Source: Dimorphilus gyrociliatus
Taxonomy: Eukaryota > Animalia > Annelida
DNA length: 64,000 nt
Assembly (NCBI GenBank): GCA_904063045.1
Contig: CAJFCJ010000024.1
Location: 62,001-126,000 of the forward strand
Direction of reading: 5' to 3'
Positions within the stretch are counted from its first letter, which is position 1, and every line of letters begins with the position of its first letter. Shown here piece after piece: positions 26,737-39,800 of the stretch. Under the pieces are notes generated by a model that was not told the DNA's origin, searched no databases, and saw only the letters and a program-made list of their open reading frames with translations. A program made the translations under genes and the position numbers.

Positions 26737-28227
26737 TTATTTCGTTATTGTTTCTCGTCTAAATTTGGAATTTAACATTGACAATTGTCTATCAGTTAAT
26801 GCTGTAGTAATAATTAATTTATCACAATTATCCTCATCAACTTTTGTATCTATAATAAGATTTTCAGAACTGAGATAACGATAGATTGCACCCCCATTCT
26901 TCAGACGGAATCTCTTTAGACTTCTATCAGTAGTCTTAAGTATAACCTTCCCAATGACATTGGAAAGACATTTTAAACCATTTCCATTAGAGACTGATGT
27001 TAGAATCCTTGTTTGTGTTTCTTTAATTTTTTCTCTTTCGTCTTCGCTTAAGAGATCTTCTTTGTTACAAACTTCTATCAAGTTTGATCTTACCTTTTCA
27101 GATACGTTTAGCTTCAGAAGCGTTTTCTCTACATTTAACTTCTGATAATCTGTATCTGGATGACTTATATCTCTGACGTGAATAATAGCGTCAGCCGTAT
27201 TTATATCTTCAAGTGTAGCTGAAAATGGTTCGACAAGAGTTGTCGGAATATCGCTTATAAATCCTACTGTATCTGTTAATAAAACATTAATGTTATTAGT
27301 CAATTGGCAAGGGTGGGTGGTAACGTCAATGGTAGCAAAAAGTTTGTTTTCCGGTTGTAACTTGGTATTTCTTGTTAGTGCTTTTATTAAGCTTGTTTTA
27401 CCGGCATTTGTATAGCCAATTACCGCAACATTAGGTATTTCTCTTTTAACTCTTTCCTTTTTTATGAATCTTCTATGATTCTACGAAAGGTGAGAAGAAA
27501 AAGTAATAATAAAGACTCTTAATAGTTCTCTTTTTAACGTTTTTACACAAATTATACTTATTTTATTGTAATTTCTATTTATTATTACTTTTATACGTTC
27601 TAAAGATTTTCGAATTCTTGCTTCTTTTTCGCTCAACTGTTCATAACTGATGTCGATATCTTCTATACCGCAATTTAATTTGGCTCTTAGAAGAGGAATT
27701 TGAGCTAAACTAATTTGTAATTTTGCTTCTTTTGTTCTTGCGTGTGCCTGAAAAATCTTCAAAATTATTTGATATCTATCAAAAACTCTTCTATTAAAGC
27801 GTTCAGTCAAATATTGTAATTGGGGTGGTGTTAGCATTTGTAAATTCATAAATACTGCTGAAGATTTATTATTTTGAATTCTATCTATTATCTCTTCAAA
27901 GTTTCCTTTACCAAATATGCTTTTACCACAAATTCTACGTAATCTAAATGTATCAGCGGCTGTTACTTTCCAACCTGGTAAAGTTCTTATTAGAGAGATA
28001 GCCTCCTGTAATTGCAAATTTGCGTTTGTATTTTTCTCTTTAACATCCGGTTGAATCACGTGAATTGTTTGCCTTCCATCCAGCGCAAATTGGTTAGATA
28101 TATGTTGTATGTCCTCATCTTGGATGCTTTCTAGATGATGACAGAATCTTTGGATGTTTAATTTAATTTTAAAATTTAACAATCGCTTATTCTTATAAAA
28201 TATCCGCTGCAGTGATGTAATTAACAT
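26737..28227 (-). CDS. GTPBP6: Mitochondrial HflX-family GTPase; exons 27589-28227 and 26737-27480
   Basis: Basic N-terminal presequence-like region, VFDRYQIILKIFQAHARTKEAKLQISLAQ, G1 GYTNAGKT, LFATID, G3 DTVGFISDIP, G4 NKED. Confidence 0.92.
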
Positions 28228-28696
28228 TTGTATAAAACGATTATTGCGAGTTATTATCTCCTTTATATGTAGTATTCCGGTAAAACGATATTAAAGTATT
28301 CATTAAAATGAAGAGTAGGGCGGAAGACTATATTGTATCGGATATAGTTCTTCGTTTCGTTGATTCTTTAAATTGGCCGTTGCAATTTAAAGTCAATAAA
28401 ATACGTAACTAGATTGAGAAGTAATTTTCGATTAATTACAATCGACGATTTTTCAGGAAGAGGGTCTGTCTTTTCTTTAATACTAAAAAGATTGGCTGAC
28501 AAGTGAATGACCTCAGGTAGATGATGACCTATTTTATGCTCTGTAATAATCGATAATAGTGATATGACGAACATTGCATGTGTTAAACCTGTACATATTT
28601 ATGTTGAAAAATAGTGATGTCCGATTGTGTAAAAGATTGAGTATTGAGTAGTAACTATCCTACTCATAACATACCATTCTTTAAATTAGGTTAAAG

Positions 28697-31600
28697 ATGG
28701 ATTACGCTGAAGTTCCCAGCTCTTCAGATATGGGTGGAGGTTTAATGAGACCTCCAGAAAATAAAAAGAAGAAATCATCGGACAACGATGGACATGTAAA
28801 AGTGAAACCTCATTCGAATCTATTGCCCCCTTGTCGGGTTTGCAGTTCCGAAGCTTCGGGAATTCATTACGGTGTAAACACTTGCGAAGCTTGTAAAGTT
28901 AGTATAAAAATAAGAGACAATTTCATTCCTCAAACAATCAATTATTTGTAAAAGTAATTTTACATAAAGAAAAAAACTATTTCTGTAAAATTATAGAATA
29001 TATTATCATCACGTGATAATCTTTTATTCTAAAAAGAAAAAAAAAAAAGATTCTCTGACATGCTCTGACAAAGAGATTAAAATGCCACAAACTCCTTGAT
29101 ACGTTTTCCTACTTAAATATCAATTTTTACTTGAGGATAAATTCTTGATTGATTCTAAAAAAACATTCTAAAACTAAGCAAACAGAATAGAAAGCAAGAA
29201 ATAACATTTATATCTTATTATTAATTAATGTTAACCTGTTACTAATTTTCATATTCATTACCGTAATTACTTAAGAAAACGCTTTTAAATTGTTATATGA
29301 AAATTCCTAAAGAAATTACAATAGTTCTACTGTTGATGAGTATATGCTTTATAGATCAAGTAAATTTCTTTCTTTTTGTGTGTTCAATTGAATATTTCTA
29401 TTATATCAATATGCTTTTAAGAATAGAATAACTAGTACGAACGCCTAAATCATTAATAGTTCTAAAAAATGACCTTAAGATTGATAAGCATCTACTAGAG
29501 AGTCTAAGTGAATAAATATTTCCTTTTGGAATTTTTCCGCTTTATCTTGAATTTAAATTTAGTTTTATTTCTATTAATTGATAAAGAAAACGTGCGATAA
29601 ACTGAGAATTTAACTATAGCTGTTCATAGGACGATTGTTAAACGTATATGGAGTATTTTTAAATTATGATATAGGCTCTAAGTAAAGGGTGTTACTAACA
29701 ATAGGGTTGAAAACTATTTGAGTGCGTGAAAGTTGAGATAAACAAATCAACATATGATTAAAATGGTCATTAGTGGGTAAGTTGTGAAGGCAGTGATTTT
29801 AGGACAAAAGAAACGTTTTATATAGTTTGCTTATATAGTGTTTTAATTTTTTTTCCTCATGAATTAGTCAGAGAACTTTTCAATTTAAGAAAAATATTTC
29901 AAAGCTTGTATTAACGAAAGAAGTTAGAAGATTTAAGAAAATTCCAATATCTTTATAAATCTTTCTTTAAGCGAAAATGTATACTCTTTAATAATATATT
30001 ATATTTATTTATATATGTATGTATATTATACATATCTATATACATAGGTAACTTATAGGTTACGTCTAACATTCTAACAGCCAATATCTATCATTTATTT
30101 ATAAAGCTTATTTATTATAGCTTGCGTTCTTATATATCAAAAAAGAAATAGAAAATACATTATCTCTTAAGTTTTCCATGAAAGATTGAAAAAACAAAAG
30201 AGTACCATAGGCCTACTTTGTGCATACTTTATTATCAATATAGATAAAGGAACATTGGATATTGCTCATTAATAATAAATTGAAAACGTTATTCAAAAGA
30301 TTGTTAGCAATAGACAATTAAAAAGAATTATATTTGTTCTCCTCCAATCATTTTCTCCTTCCGGTTTCCCTTAGAGCCCGAAATAATCGAACCTTCCTTA
30401 AAAATTCTGATGGAATATTATATAATAGTTTTCTATATTTAAAGGAGAAAAGAGGGAAAAGAGTTTTACATTTCAATTAGTTTAATTTAAAAAATAGTAT
30501 GAACTTCATTTAATAAAAAAACCCATAAATATGATTATCTTAATTATTTATATTCTCTCATTAAAACTATTGAAAAAAGGTTATATAAAAATATATGAAA
30601 GTATGTCGCTTTATATGAATAATACATATATTTATCTTAAAAAGCAATTAATAAACGAACTGATTATAATTTATGATAAATTAAGTAATAGATTATTATT
30701 ATTTGCATATATTTTGTTTTTTTTTTTGTTTTTATTGAAAATTCTATATTAAACATAATAATTTATATTTTTTTCATTTAGAGTTTCTTTCGAAGAGCCT
30801 TGAAAAATACACCTCCAGAGTGCCTTGAGTCGAAACAATGCGAAATAACTTCTGGTAAATTACGTAGTGCTTGTACTGGTTGTCGTTTTAAGAAATGTTT
30901 AGATGTTGGAATGTCGAAAGAGAGGATAAAAACTGGCAGATATACAACCGAACAACGCAGAGCACATGTTGAAGAAGTAAAACTGCTAATGAAACAACAA
31001 CAAAAACCTGAAAATGAAGTTAATCCTATTGAATTGACCAATCATCAGGTTGAGCATATCATTCAAAATTTAACAACATCCTTTCTTCAAGTTGCTAAAG
31101 AATGTTATAGAGAAATGGCTGAGATGTCTCCCGAAGAGAATGCCATATATATATCACTAGAGATGGAAGATCAAATTGTTCAAAAGTTGTCGATGTTTGA
31201 GAAAGAAGTTAAAAATTGTATATATTTCGCGAAGCGAATACCAGGCTTCATTAATCTGCACGTTGAAGATCAAATTTCGTTGATTCGGGAAAACCGAATA
31301 GAATTCCGACTTTTATATATTAGACCTAAACTATCCGAAGATAAGCAGTTTTACATAATAACGAATATCGATTGGCATTGCACAAAAAAGGAAGTAAAAG
31401 ACTATTATCATTCCGACGAGGCTACCGAATGGTTATTTAAAACTACCGAGAGAATGAATGAAATATTCGAAGGAGACGATAAGCTAATCGCTATAGTTAC
31501 GGCTATTTGCGTTTTATCGCATGATAGATGTAAGAATTTAAGAGATATTCCAGCTATTGAGAGGATTGAAGAGAAAATGCTTCAGTGTCTAAGAACTATG

Positions 31601-31978
31601 ATGTCGAACCGGCAGATGGCGCATGTGTTTTCCTTATTAACAGATTTACGAATGATAACGGATCATACTAAAGCCTTAGAGCATTCGATACTAATATCGA
31701 ACGCCAAGGACGTCCAATTCCCTACACTGCTTAAAGAAACGTGGTATTCGGAAGGTATAAAGAGTTTACTACTTCAACCATTGAACGATGACGAATATCA
31801 GAGAGAGCAACAGAAACTTTCTGTTGAGATACCTGCAAATGTCCTATCGAAGTTGATTGACTTACAAAAAGCATCTAGGAATGGAGGAGATCAGGACTCA
31901 CCGAGCGCACACTCTATAGTCAAATCTCTCGCTCAGTTACCTGATCTCAGCAGTCTTGTTAATATTAACAGATCATAG
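28697..31978 (+). CDS. Nuclear receptor, divergent NR1-like orphan, about 465 aa; exons 28697-28897 and 30782-31978
   Basis: Two C4 zinc fingers (CRVC...HYGVNTCEACK|SFFRR...CLESKQC...CTGCRFKKC), C-terminal extension GMSKERIKTGRY, ligand-binding-domain signature FAKRIPGF..L..EDQI.L, and AF-2-like FPTLLKETW. Confidence 0.92.
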
Positions 31979-33493
31979 ACACTTGTAAAATATACTGCAC
32001 ATGTAAATAAATAAATATGTATATAATATATATATACATATATATCTATATCTATATATATATATATATTGTATATACTGTATACTGCATATTAGTAAAT
32101 GAAGCTACTAATAATTATCATTCGAGTCTTATATATGCCCTGAAACCAGTTGCAAATACGTATATACTATATAAGCTGTGATAATGTTAAATGTAATAAT
32201 ACTCTTGTTAACCAATTTGTTTATAATATACAATGTAGAAGATTAATAATGGCCTTAAGCTAATTTGAAATTAAAAAATTCTACTATTCATGATGCTTCT
32301 CAGTCTTTGCAGTTTAACCAATTACAATGTACTTGGTTTGATTAATTTCAGTCGTAACAGCTGCATCTTATATACTTTGATCGAGAACTGGCCAATTTGT
32401 TTATAAACTAGCTTAAGTAAATGTAATTGAAGAGGTATTTCTTCTACTGCTAGCTTTTTTTTCTTTAATGGAAAAGTTTCGACCTTGCAATGGTTAATAA
32501 CTTATTAATTTCATTCAGTTTGTCCAATACAAGGTCAGGAAAAAGTAGTGTTGTATATGTAAGTAATCTGGTAAAAAGAGAAAGATTTTATAATTAAGCC
32601 GTCCTGCTTTTCCTACTCTTAATAGTGTTGGATAATTAATTTTCAATGATTGAAAAATCAGGAGGAAAATGTACACAAAAGGAGGATGGGAGAGGTGGGG
32701 ACGTAGAAAGGTGTAGAGATGGAGACAGAGAGAAAACAGAAAGCTAGAAAAGGAGAAAGAGAGAAAAAGAGGAGAGAGCAAGATTAAAGAGCGAGAGATA
32801 GTTGAGGGCTGACTGGGCTGACTATGAATCTATCTCAATAATAAGTCATCTATAAAAAAGAACACTTATCCGGTTAACAGTTATTATTGAATTTCTTTCG
32901 TTGACATGAGAATATTACATTGATAAAGACACAAAGAAACAAGTAAATATGACATACTTCTTTTGCTTTTTCAAAAGTGGAATGGTATTTTATTTTTATT
33001 CCATCCACCCCTCACCAAAAAGAGAATGGAATAGGGAATTCCGACTGATAAAGAGAGTAATACTTTTAAATATGGTGACTGAGGAAATTCGTTGATTTAA
33101 TTAGCCTTGTGAAGATGAAGATGAATAGATGATAATCTCGTGATTGTAAAATATTACGAACTAATTATATATCTATTTTGGTTCATTTTTTTTTCTTAAA
33201 TCGGAAATAAATAAACCTCGCTGCTAAATCAGAATGAATCATTTATATTAAAACAATAATAGATCTAGTTAATAACGCTACAATTAAAAAAATCGACACA
33301 CACTAAAATTTGCATAATGTATATATTAATGAGGAGAAAAAACAATGAGACAGGTAAAATTATTTAAATGCGGTAATTTGAATAGTCTTTTTTTAAAAAG
33401 GTACCATACAATTAGTCGATCGAACCTTTAAACTTACATATTCATATATAGATCTATATATTTATATAAACATACATTCATCTACACACACAC

Positions 33494-33514
33494 ATATATA
33501 TATATATATATTAG

Positions 33515-33543
<29 letters not shown>
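33494..33543. repeat. (TA)n microsatellite interrupted by TAG
   Basis: Read directly as about (AT)9-TAG-(TA)14. Confidence 0.85.
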
Positions 33544-33547
<4 letters not shown>

Positions 33548-35064
33548 CATATATATATATATATTTACTTAGTTATTTATATAGGTATGTACATGCACAC
33601 GTAAGTTTCTTACACAGACGCGCAATCATTAGTGTACATACAGTATATAAATGAATACACACAAATATATATATATATATATAAATATGTATATTTTGAG
33701 AGAAAAAAGTGACTTTTTTTGTAAAACAGCAGCCGTGTTTTATCTGCTAAGGGCTAGAATTTGTACATTACAGAAAGAAACACGGAATATAAGCGAAAAC
33801 GAATAATCATCTGCAAGGTGCGCTTATATTCCATGTGAATGCTATATATACGCCATTTGAAGCTTGATTTTTTCTATGTACAAATAAATTGCTAGAAATG
33901 GCGCAGACTACAAACTAAGATTCTTCAAGGTGAGAGGAAAGGTTTCGTTCTGCTAAAGCTAGAGAAAAGACAAGAGGAGGGAAAGAAAGGGAAAAGAAGT
34001 TAACAAGAAACTCTTTCCATTGGGAAGGAAGGGAAAACGGTCAGAGGTGACGACAAAGAAAAGAAAAAATATACGATTAATATACGTTTATTATATGGCC
34101 GCCAGAAGAAACGCGGCAGCCTACTCACAATTCATTATTCTACAAGATGATTCGGAAGAGACGCTATAGGCGAACGTTTCTATGACAACGCAGGTTACTA
34201 TGTCAACAGAGAAAAACGCTTCGAGAACCTGAGTAAACTGCACAACAAATCAACTAATAGAATATAGGATGAGATTCGCATACATAAATAGTGAGTAGGC
34301 GTATATATATAGCCATATTAATATTAATGCAACAGGCAAAAAATAAATCACACGAGTTCCTCTACATTCGTCGAAGGTGCCTAAAATTTGCATACATTTT
34401 TTTAAAGTTAAAACACGTGTTTTATTTTAGACAGGAATCTGTTCTCCCCTTTGAGATTCTTGAGAGGCGAACGAAGGCCTAGCCCTAATTAGGGTCATTT
34501 GTGGGGGAGCAGTGGGATCTACTCCAGTATTAAAAGCGTTTACGACACGGATCTGTAAAAAAAAAACAAACAAAATTTTTTTTTTTTGCTTTTTTGCGCT
34601 GTCCCAACCACTTGTTAAATAAATTCAAAAATATATCTTTCTGTTTCGTAAAATCAACGAAAAAATTATTTAAATACATTTTTTCTAAATACAAAAAATT
34701 TCCTTATTATGAAACCATTCACACAAAAGATGATCTATGGTTTAGTCACTGACATCCAGGCAGGCGGCATGCGGCAAAAAAAAAACAAAAAAACAAGTAG
34801 ACAGTGAAATCATGCATAAAAAATAATATTCTACAATCCTGTAAAAGCAAAAACCAAGACATAATCAGACGCAGTTTTTGTTTTTTAATTAACAGTTTTG
34901 CCTATATAACGATAAAAAATTTGTACAGTCACATAGATTTCAACTGTACACAGAAAAAAATAGCAAAAACCAATAGAGTCTTATTGCTTTTTTTGGAGCC
35001 GTGGAAAGAAAAATGATATTTGCCTTTTTTTGTTTAATAGGAAAAGTGTAATCGTTTTTTTTTG

Positions 35065-36829
35065 TTAAAGGACCGAAGTGTCTTGTTGTAAGGACGATGG
35101 TAGTGTAGGTGGTTGTTGCGGCAAACGTCTGGACACTTCGGCGTCGTGCGACGTCGATTTCTTCATCACGTGCATTCGTAGATTTGTAAGAGAATGATGG
35201 CTTTGCAGCGACGACAAACTACGCTTATCAAAACTGTCTGCATCAAGGCCCATGCGGAATGCATTAACTACTCGAATCTGAAACACACACACCACACGTC
35301 ACGGCCGTTTTGTTTTCTTCTTTTTTTTATAGATAACATCGACGCAAAAAGGGACGGTCTCTCAACATGGTTGATTAAATTTATAAGTATCAGCATTTTT
35401 CTAAGATTCTCTCTTGCAAACTCAAGCCTTTATAAATCAATGCTATAATACTGCAAGACGAACTAGTCCATGTCTAGACGGCTTTTTCACACTTCCTTTT
35501 TAATTCTTTATTCTTCTTTCATAATTTTTCCCTTTCTATTTTTCACCCTCATGTTTCATTTATGCTCTTTTTATGTACTGTATCCTATTTTTTACTTAAG
35601 TTCACCTTAGGTAGCATAATTATTTTGTTAATTGGCCGATAATAGGAGCACGTCCTAATATATTCATTATAAGGAATCTAGAAGATAATGATCTAATAAA
35701 ATTTAATCACAATGAGATAAACTTAAAGCACTTTTCGAAGGATAGATATTTTATTAAATTTTTGCTTTGGCGTTGTCACTAGTGCAAAATTATTTGGGAT
35801 TAAGGTTTATTTTTCTTTCCTTTAATATTATGATCAAAGAAAATTAATAATTAGATATACTTTTTATTTTTCTTTTTGTTGTTGAAATAGCATATTTTTT
35901 TTATCTATATATATATATATATATACTAATATATATATATATATATATATATGCTTGGTTTTTTATTTTTGGATTTTCCTATATCATCTAAACTATAATA
36001 TTTGGTTTAGTTGGTATAAGTCAATACTTTTAAGGTTAAATCGATTTGTATATATACATATATATTTTTTTTTATATAAAAAATATATATATTTATAAAT
36101 ATACTACATTTTCTACTTAAATGAAAACTAGCTTAGTATCTCTTTCGTGCTAAAAAAATCAAAAATGATCGATTTTCTACCTAATTTGGTTATTGACTAA
36201 TCAGTTTTTGTAAGAGCAACTTAAAATTCAAAATATTAGAGGTGATTGAATAGAAGGTAAAATAAATATAAAAGATTTGAGCGTGCAAGAGATGGATATT
36301 CTTTAATAAATATTGAGAAAAATCCAATGTCCCTTTCAGCGTCGAACAACGTAATAAAACATGCAAAATAAACAAAAAATTAAAAAAAATTAAATAATAA
36401 ATAATAATAAAACATCTTCGATCTAAAATCATACGCGGCGACAGTCGAAATTGAATATCTCAAGCCAACTGATTGATCATCATGTGCGTATGATCGATAA
36501 TCGACGTCCGAACAGTCGATCTCCGATCAGGCACTGGTAATTCCAACTTTTATTTAAAAAAAATGTGTAAAAATATTAATTAATCAATCAGCAAAAAGCG
36601 GTAAACAATCAAGGTTCTACCACAACACCGGGCTAGAAAATTATCTGATCACCGACAATGATCCCGCATCCACACACCCAATATTTTATTTTATATTTGA
36701 GGTTATAATAAATTTAAATAGTTTGTTTAAATATATAATTTTCTTATGATATCAAATAATTATAAAACTTAATTTATTCACCCCGGTTAATTAAAAATAA
36801 TTGTTGATTTGCACCTTAAATACATACAA

Positions 36830-36863
<34 letters not shown>

Positions 36864-39800
36864 TAGTATATATATATATATATATATACAATAAATTTAT
36901 ATATACAAAAATGTGCATACAGCCTATTCCTAGCTAAGTAATTAGCCTTTTCGATCGGTCAAAAATAGAATAGCTGCCCAAAAGCAATAAGTCCAGTCGA
37001 TTGTAAAGAATTCTAAGTTTACCTTGTTTTTTTGTTATTAAACAACTAAACACTTAAAGCGTGTTCAGTGCAATTCTACATATTGCGACTGGTTCTAATT
37101 AAGGGTATTTTTAAAATAAATAATTAAAAATTTTAAACTAGTGTAAAAAAAATTGTTTGCAGAAAATAAAATGAAAATCAATTTTTTTTTTTTTGCATGG
37201 AGACAATTAAAATCCCCGGAAAATAAATGAGAAAAGCTCTTTCTTTGACAGAGTTAACCGTCATTGCATCACGCGGATGAAGCTTTAAATAAATGATTTT
37301 AAAAAAGAAAGCGATAATTTTTTTTCTTTCCTAAATTTTAATGTCAAGTTAACGAAAAATTGGATATTATTGTAAAACTGGACCCTAAAAAAACATACCT
37401 GATGTTGTAATCTGGTAAGGCCACGCAACCATAGAATCTGGCCTCGTTTTCCATCATCATCCATATCATACATGTCAACGCCTGCTCCTCCATCCATGCC
37501 TTGGGCGTTCGTATTTCTGCCTTCACCCCAGGTAAATAGTCCAGTGGGTATCACCGTAGACGGCACGGTAGTAACTAGCTGACCCCATAAGAGGCCGCCG
37601 ACGCCCAAGAAAACGCACCACAACCATTGATCGGGCGTTAGTGCAGCAGTCGACATAGCGACATCACCAAATTGTATAATTATTGTCTGGGCAATCATTG
37701 TAGTTATCCAGATCGAAACGAAGATCGGATTACTAAACAGACCCTTAAAAATGTTACGTTGATTATGAATCTTGCGGGCGTTGATTTCATTGAACAATGT
37801 CATCATGACGAAAGTATTAAATATGATGGTAAAATGCTGCGTAGGCGGTCCGCTGTTTTGTTCCCTACCGGAATCTATATCGAATAGTCTATCACCCACG
37901 AATAACAGGATCAGAATGACTGTAATTTGGTAAATAGCATGACCGAGAATGTTTTTCGTCATTGTAACTGAGACGAGCGGTTTAGTTCGGCCATATGGTT
38001 TCCTTTCGAGCAGTTCTTCCGTAGGCATTTCCGTAGCAAGGGCCAACGAGGCTAGAGTGTCCATAATCAGGTTCACCCACAACATTTGTATAGCCTTGAG
38101 TGGCGAATCGCTTATTATACACGCTCCCAAAAAGGCTACGATAACCGCGACAACATTGACCGTTAACTGAAATTGCAAAAATTTCGAAATAGAATCGTAA
38201 ACATTCCTTCCCCACATAACTGCCTTGACAATTGACGTAAAATTATCATCAGTAAGAATAATATCCGATGCCTCTTTAGCAACGTCTGTTCCAGCAATAC
38301 CCATAGCAAATCCGACATCAGCTTTTTTCAAAGCTGGACCATCATTAGTACCATCTCCAGTTACAGCAACTACTTCTCTATTTTCAGTAACTTTAGATTC
38401 TATTATACCTTGAACAAGAGTATGTTTATCAGTCGGTGATGATCTAGCTAAAACCCTCAAATCAGGCCATATTTTATCAATTAATTCTTGACGGACGTTA
38501 CCGTTTTCGTCACGTACCCTAGTATTAAATTCCTTTCCTTCGAGTACTAGAAATTGGTCGCCTGGTTTAATTATTCCACATTTAATAGCAATGGAGCGGG
38601 CCGTATTAACGTTATCACCAGTAACCATTCTAACGCAAATTCCAGAACGTTGGCATTTTCGAATAGCCTCAGGTACTTCAGGCCGAACAGGGTCTTCTAT
38701 GCCGACAATGCAAATGCAAGTCAATTCCGTTACAATCTTCGTATCTTCAGCCTCCCAATCTGGATCTGTACCATCCGATGGCATTCTAGCATCATTGCTT
38801 TGCATTTCAGCATCACGAGGCACGAAGTCCTTGTAAGCAACGCATATTGTTCTTAATCCATCGCAAGCCATGGGTTCAATAATATTTTTCACCATATGTT
38901 CTTGATCTTTTGATGAAAACGGTTTTATTTTTCCACCTGAAACAGAAAATTTGTATTGAATTTATTATGAAAATAACGAGGAAAGATGGCAATCGCTATA
39001 AAATTGCCGCAGGTACAGAATTAGGGCCAAACGTAAGACAACATCCGTATGCACATTTGTCAATAGTTTGGAAAGAGAAAGACAAGTTACAGTAAAATAT
39101 AAATCACCTTCTCCTATAATCCAGGTGCATCTTTTCAAAATAATTTCGCTAGCTCCTTTCGAAAATACGCGGTAGCCACCATTGTCCAATTTAACAACCG
39201 TAGACATTGATTTTCTTACGCTGTTAAATGTGTAGACTTTATACAATTTTTCTTCGGGGTATTCTGTTCTGACTTCATCATAAGTTGGGCCGCCTAAACT
39301 GTTGACATATCCAAGGAGAGCGCATTCAGTTTTATTACCCAATTGTTTTGGAAGTTCGCCGGGATTTTCAGGCTGAAGAACTTTAGAAGTATAGCCACAA
39401 TTTACAGAAATAGCTCTGGGCATAATTTCAGGTATGGGAGGTGGGAGAGCGTCCATTTTTGGTTGATTTTTATGATGTATGCCAGCTACAAAACTTTGAA
39501 CTACAGTCATCCGGTTTGTGGTCAATGTTCCTGTTTTATCCGAGCAAATGGCAGTGGCATTGCCCATAGTTTCGCAAGCGTCCAAATGTCTAACTAAATT
39601 ATTGTCGTCCATCATTTTCCTTACAGAATAAGCTAAGGCCAAAGTGACGGCGAGCGGTAAACCCTCAGGAACGGCGACCACAAGAACAGTTACTCCTAGG
39701 ATGAAGTATTTGATAAAATGTTTAAAATGTGCATTATTCCATGGATCATTCCTCATCACATAGGTTTTAATGCAAAACTTCACTATTAGAACGATAACGG

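Noticed and set aside
34095-34169. Small plus-strand ORF MAARRNAAAYSQFIILQDDSEETL in a GC-richer patch downstream of PMCA
   Set aside because: No recognisable family; more likely PMCA 3' UTR or regulatory sequence.
37254-37281. Possible 24-nt PMCA microexon (LHPRDAMT)
   Set aside because: Weak donor (GTTAAC) and too short to support without reads.
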